Assembly: GCA_002839765.1 (NCBI GenBank)
Contig: PGYR01000003.1
Coordinates: 43,388 to 107,387, forward strand
Length of the DNA: 64,000 nt
Source: Ignavibacteriae bacterium HGW-Ignavibacteriae-4
Lineage (GTDB): Bacteria; Bacteroidota; Ignavibacteria; Kapaibacteriales; UBA2268
Direction of reading: 5' to 3'
The position numbers were made by a program, and so were the translations under genes. The notes beneath the pieces were generated by a model that saw only the letters and a list, made by a program, of their open reading frames with translations, searched no databases and was not told the DNA's origin. Below, piece after piece: positions 40,122-48,673 of this stretch (positions are counted from its first letter, which is position 1; each line of letters begins with the position of its first letter).

Positions 40122-42644
40122 ATGCCTGCAAATAATTTCGACATATTAGGTTTGACAAACGAGCAGGTAATTCTTGCAAGGGAAAGATTTGGACAAAATA
40201 AATTAGACTATAAAAAAGAAAACAACTTCTTAGACACCCTAAAACGCATTGGCAAAGAACCAATGACAATATTATTATTGGTAGCAGCTTCCATCTATTT
40301 TATCAGCGGCGAAACTGGGGATGGAGCATTTCTTGTTGTTGCTATCATATTCATCACCTCAATTTCATTATATCAGGATTCTAGAAGCAGAAATGCTTTA
40401 GAAAGACTGAAGGACTTTTCACAGCCCTATTGTAAAGTTATCCGCAATGGAAACATACAAGAAATAAAAAGCAAAGATTTGGTATATGGTGACAGTCTGA
40501 TTGTAGAAGAGGGAACATTAATTACAGCAGACGGCATAATTGTTCATTCAAATGATTTCTCAGTAAACGAATCGATACTCACTGGTGAATCATTTGCTGT
40601 TTTTAAAGATAAGAGCAAAGAAGATAATTATATCTATAGTGGCACTACTGTCGCCAGTGGTTTAGCTATTGCCACAATAACAGATATTGGTAACGAAACT
40701 AAATTAGGTAGAATTGGAACTAGTTTAGAAAGTATCAGTGAAGAAAAAACACCATTAGAAATTCAAATTGCAAATTTCGTAAAGAAGATGGCAATAGCAG
40801 GAGTTGTAGTTTTTGTAATTGTTTGGGCAATCAATTATTGGCATTCTCAGAATTTATTGAATAGCTTGTTACAGTCGCTTACATTGGCCATGAGTATTTT
40901 ACCTGAAGAAATTCCAGTTGCTTTTACAACTTTTATGGCTTTGGGTGCATGGCGTTTAATGAAAATGGGTATTGTGGTAAAACAAATGAAAACTGTTGAA
41001 ACATTAGGTAGTGCCACTGTTATTTGTACCGATAAGACAGGAACAATTACAGAAAATAAAATGAGTTTGGTAAAACTTTTTTTGCTATCTTCAAATAAAA
41101 TATCTCATACCAACGACCAATTAACAGAGGATGAAAAAGAACTTATAGAATTGGGAATGTGGGCAAGCGAACCTATTCCGTTTGACCCAATGGAAGTAGC
41201 ACTTCATCAAACCTATAAAGAAATGGTACATTCTGATGAACGACCCAATTACAAACTTATACATGAATACCCATTAGGTGGCAAACCACCAATGATGACA
41301 CATATATTTGAGGACGATAAAGGCAACCGAATTATAGCAGCAAAAGGTGCACCCGAAAAATTGATGAATGTTTCAAACCTAACAGAAACCGAAAAACAAC
41401 AAATAAATGAGGCTATTCAGCTTTTAGCAATTGATGGTTATAGAGTGCTGGGAGTAGGTGAATCAAACTTTACAAGTGACAATTACCCTGTAAAACAACA
41501 AGATTTGCCATTTAAATTTAAAGGCATTATTGCCTTTTATGACCCACCAAAAAAGAACATTAAAAAAGTATTAGAAGATTTTTATAACGCTGGTATCGAT
41601 ATAAAAATTATAACAGGTGATAATGCGGCTACTACCACAGCCATTGCAAAACAAATTGGATTTAGGGGTTATGAAAATAGTATTACAGGTGATCAGCTGA
41701 TGAAATTAGATGAGGCTGCTTTACAAACATGTGTTGCGAATACTGCTATTTTTACCCGTATGTTTCCCGAAGCTAAATTAAAAATCATTAATGCATTAAA
41801 ATCCAACAATCAAATTGTAGCAATGACGGGCGATGGCGTGAATGACGGACCAGCCTTAAAAGCTGCACACATTGGCATTGCTATGGGTAAAAAAGGGACG
41901 GAAATAGCTAAACAAGCTGCCTCATTGATTTTATTAGAAGATGATCTATCTAAAATGGTTGATGCAATAGCAATGGGAAGAAAAATATATACTAACCTAA
42001 AAAAAGCAATACAATACATTATATCTATACACATCCCAATAATCCTAACTGTATTTATTCCTTTAGCTTTAGGATGGATTTACCCCAACATTTTTTCTCC
42101 AATCCATATTATCTTTTTAGAACTAATAATGGGACCAACTTGTTCTATTATTTACGAAAATGAACCAATAGAAAAGAATACAATGTTACGGAAACCGAAG
42201 GCATTGACAACTACATTTTTTGATTGGAAAGAACTATCCATAAGTATAGTACAAGGTTTAATGATAACGGTTGGGACTTTATTCGTTTACCAATATTCAG
42301 TTATTAATGGTTACGACGAGGCACTCGTAAGGACAATGACTTTTACAGTTTTGATAGCAGCAAATATTTTCCTAACTTTAGTAAACCGCTCATTTTATTA
42401 TTCTATATTAACTACTTTGAAGTATAAGAACAATATGGTTTTATTTATAATTTTTATAACAATCGCAATTGTAGGACTAATCATTTATGTAAGCCCATTG
42501 ACAACTTTTTTTAATTTTGAGACCTTGAATTTAGCTCAATTATTAATATGTATTTCCATTGGTTTTATTACAGTAATTTGGTTTGAAATTACAAAACTAA
42601 TTAAAAGGGTAAAAACCAATACAGGGCTAAAGGTAAACAGCTAA
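40122..42644 (+). CDS. cation-transporting P-type ATPase (type II, Ca2+/Mg2+-like)
   Basis: About 840 aa. Motifs TGES, phosphorylation site CTDKTGTITENKM, and hinge MTGDGVNDGPALK. Has an N-terminal cation-ATPase-N pattern. No CPC or heavy-metal-binding motif, so not a Cu/Zn P1B pump. Confidence 0.9.
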   Translation: MPANNFDILGLTNEQVILARERFGQNKLDYKKENNFLDTLKRIGKEPMTILLLVAASIYFISGETGDGAFLVVAIIFITSISLYQDSRSRNALERLKDFSQPYCKVIRNGNIQEIKSKDLVYGDSLIVEEGTLITADGIIVHSNDFSVNESILTGESFAVFKDKSKEDNYIYSGTTVASGLAIATITDIGNETKLGRIGTSLESISEEKTPLEIQIANFVKKMAIAGVVVFVIVWAINYWHSQNLLNSLLQSLTLAMSILPEEIPVAFTTFMALGAWRLMKMGIVVKQMKTVETLGSATVICTDKTGTITENKMSLVKLFLLSSNKISHTNDQLTEDEKELIELGMWASEPIPFDPMEVALHQTYKEMVHSDERPNYKLIHEYPLGGKPPMMTHIFEDDKGNRIIAAKGAPEKLMNVSNLTETEKQQINEAIQLLAIDGYRVLGVGESNFTSDNYPVKQQDLPFKFKGIIAFYDPPKKNIKKVLEDFYNAGIDIKIITGDNAATTTAIAKQIGFRGYENSITGDQLMKLDEAALQTCVANTAIFTRMFPEAKLKIINALKSNNQIVAMTGDGVNDGPALKAAHIGIAMGKKGTEIAKQAASLILLEDDLSKMVDAIAMGRKIYTNLKKAIQYIISIHIPIILTVFIPLALGWIYPNIFSPIHIIFLELIMGPTCSIIYENEPIEKNTMLRKPKALTTTFFDWKELSISIVQGLMITVGTLFVYQYSVINGYDEALVRTMTFTVLIAANIFLTLVNRSFYYSILTTLKYKNNMVLFIIFITIAIVGLIIYVSPLTTFFNFETLNLAQLLICISIGFITVIWFEITKLIKRVKTNTGLKVNS

Positions 42645-42782
42645 CTCCTAAAACTCTCTCTATGGATATGTTGCTCAGATCCTCCTTTATCGAAATTTAA
42701 AATACGAGTCGAAATTTATTTCAACATCGATGGTTGCTGTTACAAGTCAAAGTACTTCGCTCAGGTATCATAATTTGAGACC

Positions 42783-42943
42783 CTACAAACTCACCCTCGG
42801 CAGCGATAGCTTATACTTTATCGAGATGATTCGGATAGCTAAAATAAAAAGTGTTGGAATAACTTGGAGTAGCCATGGAGGTGCGTAGAGATACCACTGT
42901 ACCACAATTTGAATCCAACAGCTATGACAGCAGAAGCATATAT
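42783..42943 (-). pseudogene. 3' fragment of a TRIC/UPF0126-family gene (frameshifted, 5'-truncated)
   Basis: Aligns by eye with the 3' end of the intact gene at 46369-46530. Compare AAACTCACCCTCGGCAGCGATAGCTTATACTTTATCGAGATGATTCGGATAGC with AAACTCACCCTCGGAAGTGATAGCTTATACTTAATCGATATTATTCGAATAGC. One frame gives PTLFILAIRIISIKYKLSLPRVSL* against the intact PTVFIFAIRIISIKYKLSLPRVSL*. The upstream part lies in another frame. Confidence 0.85.
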
Positions 42944-42947
42944 TTTA

Positions 42948-42989
42948 TTCAAATATACTGAAGCAAGAGCAACTGCATACACAGACTAA
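42948..42989 (+). pseudogene. duplicated 3' end (~40 nt) of sdhB
   Basis: AATATACTGAAGCAAGAGCAACTGCATACACAGACTAAGC compared with the sdhB end AATATGCAAAAGCAAGAGCAACTGCATACAGAGACTAAGC (27103-27144). It is followed by a junction module, as at sdhB. Confidence 0.85.
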
Positions 42990-43080
42990 GCTCTAACAAC
43001 ATAGATTATATTTTTAAAAAAACCTCGGATATTGTTCGAGGTTTTTTTGTGGGTTTAGAGTGAGGATTTTCTTATATTTG
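42990..43080 (+). repeat. cassette junction module copy 10
   Basis: CTCTAACAACATAGATTATATTTTTAAAAAAACCTCGGATATTGTTCGAGGTTTTTTTGTGGGTTTAGAGTGAGGATTTTCTTATATTTG. This is the copy most similar to copy 1. Confidence 0.9.
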
Positions 43081-43122
43081 AGTGGTTATAAAAACATTTG
43101 ACAAAAAAATAAACAAACAACA

Positions 43123-43668
43123 ATGAGAAATAAACTAATTTTTTTAATATTCCCCTTTTTAGGTTTTTTGATTAGCTGTGGTAGTGGACAACTTAAAACA
43201 ACCGAAATGAATAATGATGAAGCCATCATAATCGCTCGTGCATTTATAAAAAATAATGGAGAAAATATAAATACGAAGTGGAATTTTCTCTGGAATGAAA
43301 GACTATGGGGGAATAATGCTGTTTGGGTTGAAAAAGACGGATATGTATTTATGAAATTACCAAAAGGAAAACATTTTATCTCCCTACTTCAATACAATGA
43401 ATATCAAAAAAATATTCCTGACAATTATTTAACTGTAGATTTAGAACCCAACAAAATATATTATATTGGAGATTTGACTTTTAACTGGAATATCAATAAG
43501 AATGATGTTGCAAGAACTGGTATTGTCGGAGCCGTTTTGGACGCAGAAAAAAATGATAATAAAATTCAAGTTGACCTAACTGACAATTATGAAAACATGG
43601 TCAAGGTATTCAACGAAAAATATGGGAATTCAAAACCGGTGGAAAAGCAATTAATCCGAATTGAATAA
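43123..43668 (+). CDS. hypothetical lipoprotein
   Basis: 181 aa with a lipobox (FLISCGS) and no recognisable domain. Confidence 0.6.
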   Translation: MRNKLIFLIFPFLGFLISCGSGQLKTTEMNNDEAIIIARAFIKNNGENINTKWNFLWNERLWGNNAVWVEKDGYVFMKLPKGKHFISLLQYNEYQKNIPDNYLTVDLEPNKIYYIGDLTFNWNINKNDVARTGIVGAVLDAEKNDNKIQVDLTDNYENMVKVFNEKYGNSKPVEKQLIRIE

Positions 43669-43685
43669 ATAAAAGATCGTTTAAA

Positions 43686-43768
43686 GTGAATATCTCTTAA
43701 AAAGACCTCGGACAATGTTCGAGGTTTTTTTGTGGGGAACAAATAGGAATTAGTTTTCGTATAAGTCG
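43686..43768 (+). repeat. cassette junction module copy 11
   Basis: GTGAATATCTCTTAAAAAGACCTCGGACAATGTTCGAGGTTTTTTTGTGGGGAACAAATAGGAATTAGTTTTCGTATAAG. Confidence 0.9.
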
Positions 43769-43813
43769 ATAGTGAAGTCCATTTTAGTAAACTAAAACAA
43801 ATATAGAACCTAC

Positions 43814-44434
43814 ATGAAAAAGAAAATCATTATTATCAGTATTAGTATTGCATTGATGGCAATTGTCTATTTGGCTATTAATTGGAAATCATTGTTGCTA
43901 AATATGGCAGGTTTTCAACAACCTAAAATTGAAAATACTGAAACTATTAAATCTTGGGATGGTTTAAAAACAAAGCAAGATATGCTTTTAGTCGCATCCA
44001 CAAAAGCAAATTTCAATTACCTTCAAGAAAATATCGGAGTACCAGGGATAATGGTGTTTAACAAAGAAGGTTATCTAATTATAAGTAATAGAGGTGAAGG
44101 GTGTCAAATCACTGCAAGGGATAAACTAAAAGATCTGGGGAAAAAAGAATTTTCTAAGTCTAACAGTAAGGATATTGGATTTTCAAATATTAATGACTTT
44201 TTAGACCGGGTTTCAAATATTAATAAAGCTGAATTGAAGAATGAAATTGGTTATGATTATACTGTGGTATATACATGGGCAAAATATTTACCAGAAAAAT
44301 CAATTGAAATGATGGAAGCAGTTAACTCTGGATTAAAAAGAAATAAAGCAAAAGTATTACTACTTTCTCTAAATCTTGATTATATTGATAAATGGACTAG
44401 TGGTCAAGTAGGTGATAAAATAGATTTAGACTGA
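43814..44434 (+). CDS. hypothetical membrane-anchored protein
   Basis: 206 aa with an N-terminal TM anchor and no recognisable motif. Confidence 0.6.
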   Translation: MKKKIIIISISIALMAIVYLAINWKSLLLNMAGFQQPKIENTETIKSWDGLKTKQDMLLVASTKANFNYLQENIGVPGIMVFNKEGYLIISNRGEGCQITARDKLKDLGKKEFSKSNSKDIGFSNINDFLDRVSNINKAELKNEIGYDYTVVYTWAKYLPEKSIEMMEAVNSGLKRNKAKVLLLSLNLDYIDKWTSGQVGDKIDLD

Positions 44435-44461
44435 TGTAAGCTAGAGCCACTGCATAAAGTA

Positions 44462-44540
44462 AACTTTATTTTTTAAAAGACCTCGGACAATGTTCGAGGT
44501 TTTTTTGTGGGGGATTTGAAAGGAATTTTGTTACTTTGTT
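44462..44540 (+). repeat. cassette junction module copy 12
   Basis: AACTTTATTTTTTAAAAGACCTCGGACAATGTTCGAGGTTTTTTTGTGGGGGATTTGAAAGGAATTTTGTTACTTTGTTG. Confidence 0.9.
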
Positions 44541-44581
44541 GGTTTAACAGTTATTTAATTACATCAAAAGAACCAAACAAT

Positions 44582-44986
44582 ATGGCACAAAAAGAAATTA
44601 ACTTAAGTACTGAAGTTTCTAACTTATTAGATGAAATAAACCACCCATTTAGAAATGAGATTGAAATTTTGCGACTTTGTATATTGAATGCAAATAACGA
44701 TTTGAAAGAGAATATAAAATGGAATGGTCCAAACTATTGTTTTGACAATGAAGACAGAATCACAATGAGAGTTCAACCACCTACTAAACAAGTGCAATTG
44801 ATTTTTCATATAGGAGCTAAAAAGCAGGAACAACCGAAGAATAAACTAATTGAAAATAAAAGCAAACTGTTAGTTTGGAAAGAAAATGACAGAGCCATTA
44901 TAACTTTTAAAAGTTTGAATGATATCGAAGGTGCAATAGAAGAATTGTCAATAATTGTAAATGAATGGATAAGTAACACGAAGTAA
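44582..44986 (+). CDS. DUF1801-like (YdhG-like) small protein
   Basis: About 134 aa from MAQKEINL. The pattern HP....I..LR..I......L.E.IKWN.PNY resembles DUF1801. The longer track ORF would start inside the repeat. Confidence 0.55.
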   Translation: MAQKEINLSTEVSNLLDEINHPFRNEIEILRLCILNANNDLKENIKWNGPNYCFDNEDRITMRVQPPTKQVQLIFHIGAKKQEQPKNKLIENKSKLLVWKENDRAIITFKSLNDIEGAIEELSIIVNEWISNTK

Positions 44987-45153
44987 GGGGTAAATTTGTT
45001 CATATAATTGATGTTGAAGGTAAAAAAGTTGAACTATGGGAAGAGATATATTAAAGCGAAAGTACAACCTAATTTTTTTTTGCACTTCAATAAAATTTTC
45101 TTGTCTATTTTTGTCATAAATATTATTTTTGTCAACAATAATATCTGAAAATT

Positions 45154-45660
45154 ATGCCAACATTAATTAACCCTAATTCTTTGATTTATCAAACGGATAA
45201 TACGGCTCTTGATGAATTCAAATTGAAAACATTAGTACCTAGATTGGGAAAGTATTGCAATTCCAACCAAATGATTTTCGATATAAGACTACTCGAACCA
45301 GGTAAATATTCATTCCCTTATCACTTTCATAGAAATGCTGAAGAACTAATTATGATCATCTCAGGTTCACTTACTTTGAGAACTGAAGATGGATTGAAAA
45401 TAATTAAATCTGGGGAGTTAGTCTTCTTCGAGATAGGACCATCAGGAGCTCATCAGTTCTATAATCATGAGCAAACTTCTTGTATATATCTAGATATAAA
45501 GACCACTCAAGGGATTGATGTTGTTGAGTACCCCGATTCTGGGAAAGTAAATATAACGCCATTAAACATGATATATGAGATTGGGTCTCAAGTTAATTAT
45601 AATCAAGGAGAATCAAATATTAGTTCTATATGGGAAAATTTAAAAAAAGAACACAGCTAG
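45154..45660 (+). CDS. cupin-domain protein
   Basis: 168 aa. Cupin motifs (PYHFHRNAEELIMIISG ... GPSGAHQFYN). Confidence 0.7.
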   Translation: MPTLINPNSLIYQTDNTALDEFKLKTLVPRLGKYCNSNQMIFDIRLLEPGKYSFPYHFHRNAEELIMIISGSLTLRTEDGLKIIKSGELVFFEIGPSGAHQFYNHEQTSCIYLDIKTTQGIDVVEYPDSGKVNITPLNMIYEIGSQVNYNQGESNISSIWENLKKEHS

Positions 45661-45748
45661 AATAAGCTACGAAAAATGGTTAAACTCAATTTGTTTTTCT
45701 GAACATAATTTAAATAATATGTAATACTTATTTGGAAATAGATCCGAA

Positions 45749-46309
45749 ATGAAAAATATAGTTTTTGCTTTACTTTTTATATCTACTTTTTTAAACGTTT
45801 TAGCACAAAAGAATCCGGAAGATAGTAATTTTGAAGTGGAGATAGATCCTATCGCTTTTGCATTGCAAGGATATTCATTTCATGGTATATATCTTAATTC
45901 CAGAATTAGGACTGACCTTGGTGTTTTTGGGATTATGCAGCCTGTTGGTTTTAATGGTAATGAAGGTTTCCAAATAAAAACTCAAGGAGTAGGCGTCAAA
46001 GTAAATTACTTGCTAACTGAAAATGAAACTTGGTTTACGGGGATTGGATTGGGATATTCTACTAATCGAATAAACTTGCTTGAAAGTAGTGAGGTACAAA
46101 ACCAGAAAATTATCGGTATTGGTGCTCACCTAGGTTATCGTTGGTTTATGTTCGAAAATGCTTCAAATGCTTTACGTAACCTATATTTAGCACCATGGTT
46201 TAGCATTGACTATAATATACCAATTAATGACGTATCATTCGAGACAAAGAATTATAATCAACAAATTATTTCATTTTTTCCAACGATTCATATAGGTTAT
46301 AAAATTTAG
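45749..46309 (+). CDS. small outer-membrane beta-barrel protein (hypothetical)
   Basis: 186 aa. Signal peptide, alternating hydrophobic beta-strand pattern and a C-terminal aromatic region (IHIGYKI). Confidence 0.55.
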   Translation: MKNIVFALLFISTFLNVLAQKNPEDSNFEVEIDPIAFALQGYSFHGIYLNSRIRTDLGVFGIMQPVGFNGNEGFQIKTQGVGVKVNYLLTENETWFTGIGLGYSTNRINLLESSEVQNQKIIGIGAHLGYRWFMFENASNALRNLYLAPWFSIDYNIPINDVSFETKNYNQQIISFFPTIHIGYKI

Positions 46310-46345
46310 TTGAACTTATAGAGTTCAACATAGACTATTATTAGC
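46309..46345 (+). repeat. hairpin plus partial junction-module left arm
   Basis: GTTGAAC-TTATAGA-GTTCAAC followed by ATAGACTATTATT. Together CAACATAGACTATTATT resembles the module left arm CAACATAGATTATATTT. Confidence 0.5.
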
Positions 46346-46368
46346 AATCCTCTGGGTGTCACAAGAAT

Positions 46369-46974
46369 TTATAAACTCACCCTCGGAAGTGATAGCTTAT
46401 ACTTAATCGATATTATTCGAATAGCGAATATGAAGACAGTCGGTACTCCATAAAGCAACCAAGTAGGTGCACCTATATATTGCAGTGATATATAGATGAA
46501 CGCACCAGCTAGACACGCGGATGCATATATCTCCTTTCTGAAAACCAGTGGTATCTGGTTAGTCATCATATCTCTGATTATCCCACCGAAGACAGCCGTT
46601 ACTAATCCGAAGAAAATAGCTATGAATGGGCTCACCCCAAAGTCAATTGCCTTTTGTGTACCCAATATAGCCGACAAGCTAATACCAAGAGTATCGAATA
46701 GGAAGAAAGTCTGCTTTAGTATCAGAATTCTTTTTTTGAGTAGGAAAGTAAATCCCAAACCTGCCATTATAACTACTACGAACCAAGGATTTTCCATCCA
46801 GAATAGTGGGTGACACCCGAGAAGCAAATCACGGACAGTTCCACCGCCTACGGCAGTAACAAAGGTAACAAATGAAATACCGAACATATCGTACTTCTTT
46901 TGGATAGACGATAGAGCAGCACTAATAGAGAAAACGAATACGCTAATCAAAGCGAGAATAGATAATAATTCCAT
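46369..46974 (-). CDS. trimeric intracellular cation channel (TRIC/UPF0126, YadS-like) family membrane protein
   Basis: 201 aa. Two internal repeats, each with the glycine motif (GGGTVRDLLLG and FGGIIRDMM). Confidence 0.8.
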   Translation of the reverse strand: MELLSILALISVFVFSISAALSSIQKKYDMFGISFVTFVTAVGGGTVRDLLLGCHPLFWMENPWFVVVIMAGLGFTFLLKKRILILKQTFFLFDTLGISLSAILGTQKAIDFGVSPFIAIFFGLVTAVFGGIIRDMMTNQIPLVFRKEIYASACLAGAFIYISLQYIGAPTWLLYGVPTVFIFAIRIISIKYKLSLPRVSL

Positions 46975-47299
46975 TTCAACAAAAACAATTTAGATTTTTT
47001 CAGATAAACAAATATTGACGACTACGGGAGAATAGGTTATGCGGTATTAGCGCATAGAAATATGGTGATGCATAATACTCTGCTTGAGCATAGGCATATA
47101 CCACATCTGAGGCATTCGATTAGCCTTTGAGATGTAATTATTGGTCAATATGTTTGTTGTTTTTGTCATGTAATTTTAAAACGGGGTTCAAAATTGAATT
47201 CAAAATTATTCTGTTGAGATTTAATTTCCAAGCATTATTTCTAAAAAAAGAACTAATGATTAAGTAAATTGATTTTTTCTAATATGAAAGACAGAAATA

Positions 47300-47926
47300 A
47301 TGTTTGAAAGTTTACACAGTTTAGATGCTGCCATAGAGTTCCTCTCTCATTTAGAGTGGTATTGGGTACTCGGCTTTGCTTTTTTCATCACTATGCTCGA
47401 GAATATCTTCCCTCCCTCACCGAGTGATTCGGTGCTGGTGTTTATGGGGTCACTCATTGCACTTGGTACTATTGGGTTTGTTCCATTGCTGTTATTAGCT
47501 ACTGCTGGATCATTAGCAGGGTTTATGATTATGTTCTATCTGGGAAGTAAGTTCGGTCATGGAGTTGTAGAATCTAACAAAATGCCATTCATCAACCAAA
47601 AAAGCTTAGAAAAACCTGAAGAATGGTTCAGGAAATGGGGCTATTATTTAATTATAGCTAATCGCTTTTTATCTGGTACAAGAGCCGTTATCTCCTTTTT
47701 TGCGGGTATGTCCGACCTTAATTTCAAAAAAACAGTAATACTTTCAGCAATCAGTGCATTGATTTGGAATAGTATACTGATATATCTCGGTGTTGTTTTC
47801 GGCAATAACTTTGAGTCGATATTAGAATATCTAGCTCTCTATGGCAAGATTATCTTCCCTATAATAGCTCTGGTTATTGTTGTGTTTCTTATCAAGAAGT
47901 ATTGGTGGGATAAGCGGAGTAAGTAG
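47300..47926 (+). CDS. DedA-family (VTT/SNARE-associated domain) membrane protein
   Basis: 208 aa. The E..FPP.PSD..L and NRF..G.R motifs are typical of DedA. Confidence 0.8.
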   Translation: MFESLHSLDAAIEFLSHLEWYWVLGFAFFITMLENIFPPSPSDSVLVFMGSLIALGTIGFVPLLLLATAGSLAGFMIMFYLGSKFGHGVVESNKMPFINQKSLEKPEEWFRKWGYYLIIANRFLSGTRAVISFFAGMSDLNFKKTVILSAISALIWNSILIYLGVVFGNNFESILEYLALYGKIIFPIIALVIVVFLIKKYWWDKRSK

Positions 47927-48496
47927 ATGACGAATAAATCAACCGCTTCCCTCGCCCTTCTCCTAATCGACCTACAAAAAGGATTCGAGGATGAGGAATA
48001 TTGGGGTGGCAATAGAAACAACAAGAATGCTGAAGCAAATTGTAAGCTCTTGCTAAATAAATGGCGTGAGTTGGAATTACCAATTTACCACATCAGACAT
48101 AGCTCAACTAACCACGAATCGCCCTTACATAAATCTAAATCTGGGTTCGGCTACATTGAAGGTTTGGAGCCAACGACTGAAGAAAGAGAAATCATAAAAT
48201 CTGTCAATAGTGCGTTCATCGGTACAGATTTGGATGAGCAATTAAAAAGCAATGGAATTAGCTCGCTTGTAATAGCGGGGTTAACGACTAATCATTGTGT
48301 ATCTACCACTGTTCGTATGGCTGGGAATCTCGGGTATAATACTAGACTAGTTTCAGATGCGACAGCTACTTTTGATAGAATTGGTGTTAATGGCGTGAAG
48401 TTCGATTCGGAGTTAATCCACCAAACGACTCTTGCAAATCTGAATGGCGAGTTTGCTGAAGTCTTGACTACTAGAGTTTTAGTTGAGGAGTTGTGA
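47927..48496 (+). CDS. cysteine hydrolase (isochorismatase family)
   Basis: 189 aa. LLLIDLQ.GF, a conserved Lys, and the GLTTNHCV catalytic Cys motif. Starts directly after the DedA stop. Confidence 0.8.
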   Translation: MTNKSTASLALLLIDLQKGFEDEEYWGGNRNNKNAEANCKLLLNKWRELELPIYHIRHSSTNHESPLHKSKSGFGYIEGLEPTTEEREIIKSVNSAFIGTDLDEQLKSNGISSLVIAGLTTNHCVSTTVRMAGNLGYNTRLVSDATATFDRIGVNGVKFDSELIHQTTLANLNGEFAEVLTTRVLVEEL

Positions 48497-48504
48497 ATAA
48501 TCAC

Positions 48505-48597
48505 GTCACTCTGAACGCAGTGAAGAGTCTAGGCAATACGTCCCTACTCCAATCAAATCCCGAATATCCTGGATCCTTCACTCCGCTCAGGATAGAC
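48505..48597. repeat. long palindromic intergenic element (family C)
   Basis: GTCACTCTGAACGCAGTGAAGAGTC ... GGATCCTTCACTCCGCTCAGGATAGAC. The arms are imperfect reverse complements about 40 nt apart. The arm motif is related to the GTCACTCAGAGG...GAAGAGTCCAGG block on the minus strand of family B. Confidence 0.75.
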
Positions 48598-48673
48598 GAG
48601 CTTAAATAAGGATGATTCTTACTCTCCCATCTCCCCCATTTGCTTCTTCCCTATTTCTTAATTAGATTTGTAT

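Noticed and set aside
40000-40269. 89-aa minus-strand ORF upstream of and overlapping the P-type ATPase start
   Set aside because: It overlaps the promoter/5' region and the N-terminus of the well-supported ATPase gene. It is Cys/Leu-rich with no supporting features.
27103-43080. Classical integrative island inserted at the sdhB 3' end (direct repeats as attL/attR)
   Set aside because: The ~130-nt direct repeats fit that idea, but no integrase, excisionase or conjugation/phage genes lie between them. In addition, the right repeat is fused to a TRIC-gene fragment. The duplication/Campbell-type model with a cassette hotspot explains that fragment better. The island idea stays open pending whole-genome context.
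27143-44540. Canonical integron attC sites at the cassette junctions
   Set aside because: I looked for the R''/R' core pair (RYYYAAC ... GTTRRRY) and a long imperfect palindrome spanning the repeat. The nearest candidates (CTCTAAC, GTTCGAG) violate the consensus and are not mutually complementary. The only strong pairing is the short terminator-like stem. So this is not a classical integron, although a covariance-model scan would be decisive.
27143-46345. CRISPR array (repeated hairpin-containing units)
   Set aside because: The repeats are 0.5-4 kb apart and separated by full-length protein genes, not by 25-50-nt spacers. No cas genes are present.
47010-47180. Possible small RNA or 40-codon ORF (MTKTTNILTNNYISKANRMPQMWYMPMLKQSIMHHHISMR) in the 325-nt gap between the TRIC-family gene and the DedA gene
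   Set aside because: I found no convincing stem-loop architecture, ribosome-binding context or repeat relationship. It cannot be supported from sequence alone.
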